DNA of 64,000 nucleotides from Torpedo marmorata (lineage: Eukaryota). Both the position numbers and the translations under genes were made by a program. The stretch's first letter is position 1. Every line of letters begins with the position of its first letter. The notes below the pieces were generated by a model that did not search any database, was not told the origin of the DNA, and saw nothing but the letters and a program-made list of their open reading frames with translations. The DNA is taken from the NCBI GenBank assembly GCA_977017645.1, contig OZ360245.1:20088001-20152000 (forward strand), given 5' to 3'. Below, piece by piece: positions 35,549 to 47,223 of the stretch.

Positions 35549-35609
35549 ATGTGTTGTTGTTTTCAATAAAAATTTCAATGAAAATTTGTTGCAGTCGGGT
35601 TTTTTTTTT

Positions 35610-35835
35610 GGTTTTTCAAGGGTCGACTTATACGCTGAATCAGGTTTTCAAGGGTCGACTTATACGCCGAATCGGGTTTTCAAGGGTCGACTTATACGCC
35701 GAATCGGGTTTTCAAGGGTCAACTTATACGCCGAATTGGGTTTTCAGAGGTTGACTTATACACCGATTCAGGTTATCAAGGGTTGCCTTATACACGGAAT
35801 TGGGTTTTCAAGGGTCGACTTATACGCCGAATCGG
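35610..35835. repeat. Subterminal ~32-bp tandem array (~7 units) containing the TIR core CGACTTATACGCCG
   Basis: GGGTTTTCAAGGGTCGACTTATACGCCGAATC repeated; ~4 units in copy 1 (2637-2760). Confidence 0.9.
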
Positions 35836-36127
35836 CGTGGAGCGGTTTTTGAGCTGAATTTAAGGTCTCAAAAGTATATCTGGCGTATAAGTCGACCCCC
35901 ATTTTTTGAGAGATTTTTGAGGGTTTCAAGACTCGACTTATACGCCGAAATATATGGTATTTTCTTGACTTGGTTTGAACCTGTTTTCTGTCACTTTGAT
36001 AACTAGAATAGTTTCAGCTCTTCCTATTACATGTGGGAATCAAGACATGTTCATTTTAAGAATCGCATTGTGAAACTAGGGAGTGTTGTAAATCTGAAAT
36101 GATGCATTTAGTTGTATATGCATTAGA

Positions 36128-36658
36128 AATAAAACACGAAAATCTGTAGACACCGTGGTTGAAGTAAAAAACACAAATGCTGGAGAAACTCAGCACGTCA
36201 AACAGTGTCTTTTATGTAGCAAAGGTAGAAATACATAACCGACGTTTCGGGCTTGAGCCCTTGATCAAAGTGGCGGCGGAGGCAAGTAGCAAGGAAGGCA
36301 ACGTGGCTGTGGAATCGAGTCTGGGTGAGTATATGGTCGTAGAGCTTGAGAGCAGCAGGGGTTACAGATGGGGAGCAGTGAGAGAGAATCCCACAGAACT
36401 CACTTCGAAGAGCAAAGGCGAACTTCTTCAGGGTAGGCATCCATCAAAGAGTTTTCACAGAGTTGTTGTAGTATTCAGAAGTAAAACACGAAAATCTGTA
36501 GACACCGTGGTTGAAGTAAAAAACACAAATGCTGGAGAAACTCAGCAGGTCAAACAGTGTCTTTTATGTAGCAAAGCTTGAGCCCGAAACGTCGGTTATG
36601 TATTTCTACCGTTGCTACATAAAAGACACTGTTTGACCTGCTGAGTTTCTCCAGCATT
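36128..36658 (-). mobile_element. Penelope-like element with direct and inverted pLTRs
   Basis: 11-bp TSD TATGCATTAGA (36117-36127 and 36659-36669); direct copies at 36130 and 36482, inverted copy 36576-36657; short ORF piece (HSHVAFLATCLRR) between. Confidence 0.85.
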
Positions 36659-37694
36659 TATGCATTAGATTGTGTTTAGCTTCAGATTCCAGAATCTGCA
36701 GTCCGCTTTGTGACTCCATGATGCCTTTAATGACAGGATTTTTTGTGTTGTTTGTTACTTTTACATGTTCCCATTTTTGGCCTGTTTCTTTAGTAATCTC
36801 TCAAACAGTAAAGATGACCAGCATGTAATTACAGTGCATATCAAAAGAGATTCAGGTGTAATCATTTCTGTGCAACAGAAGTCCATTTTCTCTCCCCATC
36901 TTCAGTAATGCAAGATAACATGCAGTCTGTCAATCTGCTTCCCAACCAGTAATTTGGAAAAGTTTACCAAGAGAATTCCATAGGGTAGTGGCATTATCAG
37001 TCTTGTTTAGTCGAGTGGAAAAACAGAATAAACAGTCATTTAGAGAACGAGGAGATTAGAGTTGGAGATTGAATGGATGTTAGTTGAATATACCTTTATA
37101 AGATGACAATTTTTAGTGACTGATTCCAGTAAAATGGTATATTTAGAAAATGGAACAGTAGAATTTTGTCATTCTGCAAAAGAAAATCACCTCCTCCTCA
37201 AAGCAGTAATTTGTTCATATTGAATCATAGGAATCGACAGTACTAAGTAACCATCTGACCGTCTAATATTGATAGTTTTACCCACCAATGTTTTAATAAG
37301 CTCAACTGCTCTTTCCAGCAAGCATTATTGGTCTCTGAATATTAGCCAAACTCCCAATCCCCCTGCCCCCTCCACTGTCTGTGAGGGCGAATTTGGAATT
37401 ATTTCAATTTCCTATCCTGCAAAGGAGAGACATGCATTTGAATTCTGCTTTGTACATGTCTTCCAGGGCTTACCAAATAGCTTTACTACCAGTGAAATGC
37501 TTAAAAGACCTGCTTTTTTGCCAGCTTGCCCAAAGAAAACTCTCATAAGCATCAGTGAATAGGGTTAGGGTTAAAAATCCTTGTACTCCCTTGAAAACAT
37601 GCCATGACTTCTTTCTCTGTTCATTGGGGAGAGCAGAGGGCCATCGGAAACCCAACTAACATCTGGCCTGGCTGCTGAAGTCCAGGATACTTTA

Positions 37695-39185
37695 AGAACA
37701 TAAAAATACATAAGAAATTGGAGCAGGAATAGGCTATCTGGCCCGATGTGTTTGCTCTGCCATTCAATAAGATCTGTCTGATTCCGATTTATTCCAAATT
37801 CAGACTTATTGTCAGAGTACAGTACATACATGACATCACATACAACCCTGAGATTATTTTTCCTGTGGGCGAGGCAGAATTACCACTTATTGGCAGTGAA
37901 AAAAAACTGACTCAACGTACACGTGTAAACAAATAAAGAAATATAAATGAACTGACTGCAATACAGAGAAAAAATTCAATAAAGTGCAAAAGTAAGAGGT
38001 CTTTAAGTCCCTGATTGAGTGTGTTGTTGAGGAGTCTGATGGTGGAGGTGTAGCAGCTGTTCCTGAACCTGGTGGTGCGAGTCTTGTGGCACCTATACCT
38101 CTTTCCTGATGGTAGTAGCGAGAACTGAGCGTGTGCTGGATGGTGTGGATCCTTGATGATTGCTGCTGCTCTCTGACAGCAGTGCTCCCTGTAGATGTTC
38201 TCAATGGTGGGGAAGGTTTTACCCATGATGTCCTGGGCTGTGCCCACTACCTTTTGCAGGGCTTATTCGCTCAGGGCCATTGGTGTCCCCATACCTTTCT
38301 GTGGACTGTTGGGGACACCCCAACTGTCTGTGGACAGTTTCACATACCTGCCTGTTCCCCATAACTCTTAATTCCCCATATTATTTTAAAATCTATCTGT
38401 ATCTTAAATACATTTAATGAGGCATCCTCTCTGCTTCATTGAGCAGAAAATTCCACAGATTCACTACTCTCTGGGGGATTCATTTCCTCCTCCTCCTCTC
38501 TGCCTTAAATCTGCTTCCCTGAATTTCCAGGCTAGGTTCCCTAGTTCTAGTCTCACTTGCAAGTGGAAATAACCTCTCTGCTTACAGATTTTCTATTCCT
38601 TTCATAATTTTGATTCTGAGATTCCCCCCACCCCCTCCCCCTCAATATCCTTCTAAACTCCAATAAGTATAGTCCTAGGCTATTCAATCTCTCCTCATCA
38701 GCTATCCCCTTCATTTCCAGAATCAACGTGGTGAATCTCCTCTGGTCCGCCTCCTAAGCCAGTACAGCTTTTCTCAAGTAAATAGACTAGAATTGCACAC
38801 AGTACTCCAGGTGCACAGAATCTCCCTGCTCGTAATTTCAATCCCTCTAACAATTAAGGGCAACATCCCATTTGCTGCCTTAATTAACTGCTGCAACTCT
38901 AAACTAACCATTTATGATTCGTGTACAAGGACTCTCAGGTCTCTCTGCGCAACAGCACACTGCAATATTTCACCATTTAGATAATGGTCAAATTTAGTGG
39001 TTTTCCTTCCAAAGTGGATGACCTCACATTTACCAATGTTGTATTCCATCTGCCAGACACTTGCCCGCTCACTTAACCTATCTATATCTCTCTGCAGACT
39101 CTGTGTCCTCAACGCAATTTGATTTTCAACTCAATTTAGTGTCATTGGCAAACTTAGATATGCTACACTTGGTCCCCTCCTCCAA
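37695..39185 (-). mobile_element. CR1 LINE 3' fragment interrupted by a Rex element
   Basis: ORF LQRDIDRLSERASVWQMEYNIGKCEVIHFGRK; CR1-type tail at 37695-37780. Confidence 0.85.
37785..38290 (-). mobile_element. Rex1/Babar-type LINE 3' fragment
   Basis: [26 protein letters not shown]; similar to 11351-12132. Confidence 0.85.
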
Positions 39186-39807
39186 ATAATTTATGTTTAT
39201 TTTGAAGGAAGACGAGCTTTCCACATTATTCAAGATTCTGTTTATTACTATGAACACAAAAATGTATTTCCTTTTTTTTTTTTAAAAAGTAGAGGTGTTC
39301 ATTGTGACCATTATTTCCTGAGCAAGATCTGGCCCAGGTTTTTGTTTTAGAATTTCAGTTGAATTAAGCATCCTTTGGTGCAGGTGTGAAATGATTTATG
39401 TTAATGCTTAATAGCACTATTTTGATCTATGAAATGTCCAACATCTTTTCACAGCAGGATATGATTGTAGTTTCCAGAAAATGTCAACATTCATGCTGTA
39501 CTTCTGCTAGTTCCTATGGCATCAATTCTGTTGGCCTGTGTTAGTGATTTCACAGGAAAATCAAATTCCTGATAACATTTATTTATGTTGTGAATTTGAA
39601 TAAATATTAACATTGATGGGTCTAAAATGCCCCTGAGTTGTTTGCTCTATTCCTCTGACCTACCATCATATCCTCTGTCATTTTTTTCTTTCAAAAACTG
39701 TTTGTAATGTTTTTAATCTTTGATTTAGTGCAAAATGATTTTTTGCACAATTTCCAGATAACGTTGCTCCAAGTAACTCTTTAATGCTGTTAGTAATGAA
39801 TACCACT

Positions 39808-40370
39808 TATTATGGTGACTTCGATCCAACAATAGTCACCTGGAGGCTAAGTGAGATACTTGTCTTTGACGCGTTTTAATTAATTTACTAACAAAGTCCA
39901 ATATGTTCAAAATCTTTATTTACACACGTGACTTGCAGTAATCTTCAATGACTTCAATATAAACAGTTCTTGAAAACGATGTATGATGAGTTTCTTTAAA
40001 TAATTCTTTAAACAATTCCAAAACGATGGATAAGTTATAAAACGATATAAAACGCTGTAAAACGGTCAATAAAGATATGGCGATCTCACTCACCCTCCTA
40101 CATTCATTCCTTTCCTTTTCTCTCCGATTCGCGCATGCTCTGTCGCTCCTATAACACTGCGCACCCTCCATAGCGCATACTACATTTCCCAAACTACCCC
40201 GCGCACAATGACGTCACTCCACACTGCGCATGCGCCCGTTGGCACTCCAGCGCATGCTCAGAGCACAGAACGGGCCGAGGACAGCCCAACGGACAACGCG
40301 AGCGCTCCACAAGCCGACGAGACATCGGAGCGCCGCAGCAAGGTAAGTTAATGAGCCTACGGCTCTTACA
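39808..40370 (-). repeat. BEL 3' LTR (563 bp)
   Basis: Direct repeat of 47224-47799; by eye about 9-10 substitutions plus 3-bp and 10-bp indels. Confidence 0.95.
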
Positions 40371-40567
40371 CCGGCCCCTAATTATTATAATTAGACGCAA
40401 TGTCTTGAATAATAATTACACTATAAATTATAATAACAATAACCATAACATTCAAACAATACAAATCTTCTTTCTTCCTTCTTCATAAATCTAGAGTTTA
40501 CCATAATTCTGATTCAACAAAAGTCTGTAACCTGTGAAATATACAACAACAAGTCAGTTTATATTTA

Positions 40568-41980
40568 TTAAAATTCCTCTGTCTCCAACAAAAGGCAGAC
40601 CTTGTTAATAGGTCTGTTTAGAAAACCAGTCTTAGTTTTAATTCGCACTTGACGCACAAGTCCCCTTTTGTCTTGAAAAGTCTCAATAATTTTTCCAAGT
40701 AACCATGAATTTCTCGGAGCTGAATCATCCATTATAATCACAATGTCTCCTGATGTAAAATTGCGTCTGAGGTTAAACCATTTTTGCCGTTCTTGCAGCT
40801 GAAGAAGATATTCTTTAACCCATCTTTTCCAAAATAAATCTGACATATACTGTATCTGTCTCCATCTCCGACGAGCGTATATGTCTTCCTTCTTAAATTG
40901 CCCTGGTGGCATCGATAGATTAGTTTTAAGAAGCAAGAGATGGTTCGGGGTAAGTGCCTCAAGATCATTTGGATCTGTAGAAGCCTTAGTGATTGGACGA
41001 CTGTTTAAAATAGCTTCAACTTCACATAAAACTGTGGAAAGACCCTCCTCGTTCAGACTTTGCACTTTTAAAGTGGAATTAAGTACCCTTCGTATTGATC
41101 TAATTAATCTTTCCCATACACCGCCATAATGTGAACCAGTTGGTGGGTGGAATTTCCAATCAATTCCTTTCTGAAGTAATGTACTATGTATTTGATCTTG
41201 ATTCCAACCTCCGATTGCCTCTTTTAACTCGCGTTGAGCTCCTACAAAATTAGTACCATTGTCAGATCGTATTTCTTTCACTTGACCACGTCTGGATATA
41301 AAACGCCGAAGAGCATTGATAAAAGAGTCTGTGTCAAGAGATAAAGCCACTTCAATATGGATTGCTCTTATAGCTAAACATGTGAAAATAACACCATAAC
41401 GTTTTACAACACTTCTTCCACGCTTAACATCAAAAGGTCCAAAATAATCGACTCCAACATATGTGAAAGGAGGTTCATCGGGAGAGACTCTGTCCAGAGG
41501 CAAATCTGTCATCTGCTGTTGTCCAGGAGTGAGATTTAATCGCCGACAAGCAACACATTTTGATACAATTTTTCTAATTAACACAGTGGCACCAATAATC
41601 CAATATTTTTGTCGTAGTTCGGATAACATATGATTGCGACCACCATGACCCACCTTTTCATGAATATGCCGAAGAATTAAATCAGAGATATAAAAATCCT
41701 TGGCCAGTATAACGGGATGTTTCATCTCTTCTGGTATTGCAGCTCTGCTAAGTCGCCCACCAACTCTTAATACACCATTCTCCAAAATGGGATTAAGTTT
41801 ACGAAGAATACTTGTTCTTTTAACATTCATTCCCCCTTTCAAACTCGAAATTTCGTCTGCAAATCTTTTCTTCTGACAAAAGCGAATTATCTCCATTTCA
41901 GCATCAATCAATTCTTCAACTGTAAGACGTTTTCCTTTCTGTGGCTCAGTAACATTGTTTGTTCGTTTGTTACGATTCAA
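40568..41980 (-). CDS. BEL pol integrase region, uninterrupted 470-codon reading frame within a disrupted pol
   Basis: HHCC (HEKVGH...CVAC), VGVDYFGPF, SDNGTNF, GVWERLI. Confidence 0.85.
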   Translation of the reverse strand: MNRNKRTNNVTEPQKGKRLTVEELIDAEMEIIRFCQKKRFADEISSLKGGMNVKRTSILRKLNPILENGVLRVGGRLSRAAIPEEMKHPVILAKDFYISDLILRHIHEKVGHGGRNHMLSELRQKYWIIGATVLIRKIVSKCVACRRLNLTPGQQQMTDLPLDRVSPDEPPFTYVGVDYFGPFDVKRGRSVVKRYGVIFTCLAIRAIHIEVALSLDTDSFINALRRFISRRGQVKEIRSDNGTNFVGAQRELKEAIGGWNQDQIHSTLLQKGIDWKFHPPTGSHYGGVWERLIRSIRRVLNSTLKVQSLNEEGLSTVLCEVEAILNSRPITKASTDPNDLEALTPNHLLLLKTNLSMPPGQFKKEDIYARRRWRQIQYMSDLFWKRWVKEYLLQLQERQKWFNLRRNFTSGDIVIIMDDSAPRNSWLLGKIIETFQDKRGLVRQVRIKTKTGFLNRPINKVCLLLETEEF

Positions 41981-42076
41981 AAACCATTTTTAAAATCTGA
42001 GCAACCACGCTATTGCTCTTTTTAAACTATTGCAAGATGAAAATCTATGTATTAAATAAGTGATACAATCCCTTTG

Positions 42077-45000
42077 TTAAGATATTATCTGCAATGCATT
42101 TGCAGTTTTAATCTCATTTATAGATTGATCATAGGGTTCTTCTTCTTTGATTTCACAATCATCTAATAAAATTTCCTTTAATTTATCAGGATTTTGAGAT
42201 CGTAAAAGAAACTTAGGCCCAGATATCCACATTTCATTCTTTAGAAAAGATTTGATTTTTAAACCTCGAGAAGCCAAATCAGCAGGATTATCAACTGCTT
42301 TAATATATTTCCATTGTTTTGGACATGAGACTTTATCAATTTCAACAATTCTGTTAGCCACAAAGTTCGAAATCTTGTGGTCTTATTGTTGAGGTATTTA
42401 AGTACAGATGTGCTATCTGTCCAAAAAATAGAGTCTGCTAGATTCATCTGCAGCTCTTTTCTTAGTACTGTGTCCATTCTACTTGCCATGGCAGCAGCCG
42501 TTAACTCCATTCGAGGTATAGTAACTGGTTTTAATGGAGCCACGCTAGCCTTTCCCATTACGAATCCACAATGTATATGAATTTTATTACTATACAGTAA
42601 CAGATAACTAACAGTTCCATAACCTTCCTCACATGCATCAGCAAAATGATGAAGTTGAGCAAATGTCACCTTTCCAAAGTTGATGGGTTTGAAACATCTG
42701 TCAATCTTGAAGCTTTCCAACAAATGAAGATCCTTATTCCAACATATCCAGTTCTGTACAATGGAATCTGGTATCTTATCATCCCAACCTATCTTTTTTC
42801 TACACAGATCTTGCAAGATCTTCTTGGCAGTTAAGACGACTGGTGCCAATATTCCTAAAGGATCATAAATTGAACTGATCGTTGATAGTATCCCTCTTCT
42901 TGTGAGAGGTCTGTCCTTCAAAATGATTTTGAACTTGAAAACATCAGACTGAATACACCATTGTATACCCAACACTCTCTCAACAGGAAGATTGTCATGA
43001 TCTAAATCTAAATTCTTCATTTCTTTTGCTCTTTCTGCTTCAGGTATGACAGCCAACACACGACGACTGTTACTTATCCATTTTGTAAGTAGAAATCCAC
43101 CCTTTAAACAGATTTTTCGTAATTCATAATAAAGAAATATTGCATTTTCTTCAGAAGTTGTAGAAGTAAGACAGTCATCTCCATAAAAATTGTTCAAAAT
43201 GGTGCTTACAGCTTGAGAGCTAAACTCTGTCACATTATCCTCAGCACACTTCCTAAGGGCATAGTTCGCACAACTTGGAGGAGATGATGTTGCTCAAATA
43301 AATGTACTGTCATTCTATATTCTTTCATATTTTGTTTGTAGTTTCCATCAGGCCACCATAGGAACCGTAATAAATCACGATCTTCATTTGGTACTTTCAC
43401 TTGATGAAACATTGCTTCAATGTCAGCGGTGATAACAAAAGGTTCTTTACGGAATCTTATCAAAACTCCTATTAATGTACTAGTCAAATCTGGTCCTTGT
43501 AACAACTGAGAATTTAGTGACACTCCTCTATAAGTCGCTCCACAGTCAAACACAACACGAAGTTTTTTTCTTTTGTGGATGTAAAACCCCATGATGTGGT
43601 AGATACCATTTTTTACCATCATTACGTCCCAATACATTATCTGGTATCTTCTCTGCGTAACCTTTTGATATCATATTAGACATAAAATTGCTATAATCCG
43701 AATGAAAAGAAGAATCTCTATTAAATCTTTTTCTTAAATTCAGTGTACGTTGAGCTACGTTTCTATTGTCAGGCATGTATACTTCTTTTATCTTTACAGG
43801 TAATCCAATACAATAATGTCCATCAACTAACTCGGCAGATTCTGAGACAAAATTCAAAAACTGCTTATCTTCTTTTGAATATTCTTGTTCATCTCTGAGG
43901 CACTCAGGAAAGTCACTTTTGAATTGCTGTTCCCATAGCTCACCAAGTTTCATAACTGAAATTCTATTAACATTTATTGCTAACTGTTCCTGAGCTTTAT
44001 CACCTGTATCTCCTAATGGTCCATTGATTGTCCAACCAAGCATGGTTTTAACAGCATAAGATCCATTCCTTTTACCCTGTATTACTTCTTGTGGTACCAA
44101 AACCTTTGGCACATCTGAACCAATCAGCATTTCTATTTCAGAATTAATTTCAGGTAAATAAACCTTCCACAGATAAGCTAAATGATGGATATCCCTTTGA
44201 AGAGGAATATTTCCTTCATTCACAGGCATAGTCTTTGTTGTGTATTTCGGGTGTAAGCTTACAATAACCGTCTTCATTCATCCTTTATTACTAAACTAAA
44301 ATGGTATTCAGCGTTACCCCTTATATAGTACGTATGACGTCATTACGTCATACGTTATACGTTACATATACAACAGTCTTCTGAGTATATACACTTGGAA
44401 GATCACAAAATTTTTTGTCATCCAATCCAGCAACCTCTAAGCCTGAAACAATGTTAGTTTCAACAACCTTTTCTTGTCCCATGGTTTTTAACATAATTCT
44501 TGATCTTCTTCCTTGAATATTAAGTTTATTCATTAGTCCTTCCGTGCAAAAAGATGCAGTGCTGCCTGGGTCTAAAAATGCATATGTTTTTACTATTACA
44601 TCCCCTTTCTTGGCCTTGACTTGTACAGGCACTATTGAAAGTTTGCAGTTATCCACACCGGCCCCAGTAAGACCACTTGTCTGAACCGAGGTTATAACAT
44701 TATTTTCTGTTGTTTCCTTTGTTTCTGTTTGCTCCTTTTCCAATTCCTTGTTTCTGTTATGGATATGCAAAATTCTAGGATGTCTCAAATTGCATATGTT
44801 ACAATTAATTCGCTTCTCGCAGTTTTTACTGATGTGTCCTTTACACAGACAGCTAAAACATATTCCATTTTCCTTTAAGAAAGCGATCTTTTCCTTATGT
44901 TCCTTCTTTTCCAATCGTAAACACATTTCCAAAGTATGTCCACCTTTACAAAACAAACAACTCTTTTTATCAGGCAAACTTTCCTTTTCCTTATTTACTT

Positions 45001-46837
45001 TGTCCTTTTCTTTATTTATAACTTATACATTAGTAGCAAAAGTACTCCTTTTCAATTTCGGACTAGATTGTGTGTTAGACTTCCTTACATCTTTGCCCAT
45101 TGTATTATCTCTGGCATTTCCATATAGTGGATCTGTTTCAACGTACACCCGTCGTTCAAAAAAATTTACCAAATCCTTTAAGGTAATTTTTCGACCGTAA
45201 TCTACTTGTAAATCACAAGCCAAATCTCTCCATCTATCCCATAACTTGTAAGGTAATTTTTCTAAGATGATTCGCATATTACTATGCACTTCAAGCTCAC
45301 GAATATTATCAATTTCTTCCATAGCATTACAACATCCTTTTAAAAACAAAGTATATTCTTGCAGAGCCTTTACATCATTTTGTTTTATTGATGTCCATTT
45401 AAGAGCTTTATCCATATAAGCTAAAGCAATTCGATGCTTGTTGCTAAAATATTGTTCCAATAAAGCCTTAGCTTTGTCTAATCCTCTTTTTGAAGACATT
45501 TGTTTACAACTCTTTACCAATTCTTTTGGATGTCCCTTTGTGAACATTTCCAAATAATAAAGACATTCATCACGATCTTGACATTTATCTTCAATATTGC
45601 GTTTGAAAGATCTCATAAATGATTGATATTGAAGTGGATCACCATCAAAAGTTTGTATCTCTTTCTTGGGTAAAGAAGAGAGAGACTGTAACTGAAACAA
45701 TAATGCAGCAGTTTCATTTTGTCTTTCCTTGGATGACAATACATTGCTCTGTTCACCGTCTCTTGTTGCATGCAATGTATCTGGAAACCTCACTGGTGTA
45801 GTTTCTTCCATATTTCTGATGCTTGACTCATATAACAAAGAAGCTGCTTCGTTCGACCGAACCCAAGCCGTAGCTTTGCTTTCAGATGTTACCATTGGTA
45901 CATGTGACTCGATACCAATATGCTCTTGAAAGGTTTGTCCTTGTATATGTACGTTTTGTATCCTTGGTTCTAAAATATCTATCCTTTTGGTTGGTTTCTT
46001 TTCCTGTGACACCTTTTTTAAATATGACCTTTTATTATCAGACAAGTTATATAATTTACCTTCAGCACCAGATACCATTGAGCCTTTTATTGCTTTCTTT
46101 TCTGCCTTGGCAATAGCAATGTTTGCTTCCAGCTCCTGCTGTTCTTTTCTCTGCCTTAGTTGCTCCTTCTCTTGTCTTAGCTGCTCCATTAGCTGCTTCT
46201 CATTTTGTCTTAGTTGCTCCTTTAGCTGCTCCTCCTCTTGTTCTAAAATAAATTTATCCTTAAGCGTTTTTTGTTGTGCAAGAAGAGCGGCCAATTTAAC
46301 ATCAACCTTTGTACGTGACGATGCAGAACTTGAAGTACGAGAAACTCTGGAGCTTGAACCAGAACTTCTTTTGCTTCTCCTGCTTACAGCATTTGAGACA
46401 CTGTCACTTGCTTATATTTCGTCCTGCAGTTCATATGCTGTCTTCATACTTACCTCTTTATCCAATTCGAATTGTATATCCTTTGCATCTTCAACCACTT
46501 TAATTTCTTCATCATTTGTTAACACAATTTCAGCCATTTCCCTTTTATCTTCTTGTTCATCTAATGAAGCTGCCTCTTCATCCTTTGCCAGCTTCAATCT
46601 TTCGATAAGAGCCCTTTTATTTCCACTTATGTCCTTTTTCAGTCGCTTCAATTCTTCTTTAATATCCGAAACCTTCACGTCTTCAATACGTTGGTCCTCA
46701 ACAGCAACATCAGCGGTTGCTGCTTCAGCTGCTGATACATCAGTAGCTGCTGTATCACAGGCTGCTGCGGCCATTTTACTCGTCTTGTTCCTCTTTCCTT
46801 CAAGCGTACACAACACCAGCCAAACAACAGTCCCCAA
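42077..46837 (-). pseudogene. BEL gag-protease-RT-RNase H with frameshifts, stops and a solo-LTR insertion
   Basis: Consecutive minus-strand ORF pieces 46837-46412, 46294-45023, 44977-44348, 44277-43546, 43637-43230, 43233-42259, 42361-42077. Confidence 0.9.
44236..44375 (-). mobile_element. 140-bp solo LTR of a different LTR retrotransposon
   Basis: TGTTGT...ACAACA termini, 5-bp TSD GTCTT (44231-44235 and 44376-44380); minus strand has TGACGTCA, TATATAA and AATAAA; removal restores BEL YTQKT-MPV. Confidence 0.9.
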
Positions 46838-47223
46838 TGGACCAGCGGCAGCAATTCCAATCTGTGTTCTTACTTGCTAAAGATACACAGAAGGAGTCCA
46901 CAGACTTATGCCAACCACTTCAAATGACTGTAATGTACTGCAATCCACAAACGAGTTTCAACCACAACATCCGTCAATAATATCACTAATTTTCCAAAAA
47001 TAGTTTCTCCAACGTATTTATAGGACACTTTACTATAAGATTTGAAGCTTTAAATCCCTCTCTGGCTGTTATTCATGGCAGATGGATGTGGATTACAAAC
47101 TGCCCCCTACTCGAGGCATCTCCAAGATGGCCACCATTTTATATCAGTCCAAAGCACAGAGAGATTATTCTATCTTCTTTCCTTCAATTTTCTGTTCCAA
47201 ACATCCAGCCACTTTATTGACTA

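Larger units (their letters stand above)
33957..35957 (+). mobile_element. pogo-superfamily DD35D (Passer/POGK-like) DNA transposon, copy 2, full length
   Basis: TIRs CCGTATATTTTGGTGTATAAGTCG and CGACTTATACGCCGAAATATATGG, TA flanks; subterminal repeat arrays at both ends. Confidence 0.93.

Noticed and set aside
35610-35835. CRISPR-like regularly spaced repeats (also 61590-61960)
   Set aside because: No unique spacers of constant length, no cas genes, eukaryotic context; they are transposon-internal arrays.
40371-40567. env-like or extra ORF between BEL integrase and 3' LTR
   Set aside because: Only ~200 bp of AT-rich sequence; no room for one.
45987-46880. 297-aa plus-strand ORF
   Set aside because: Antisense shadow of the Glu/Lys/Gln-rich BEL gag; Ser/Leu/Phe-rich with no domain.
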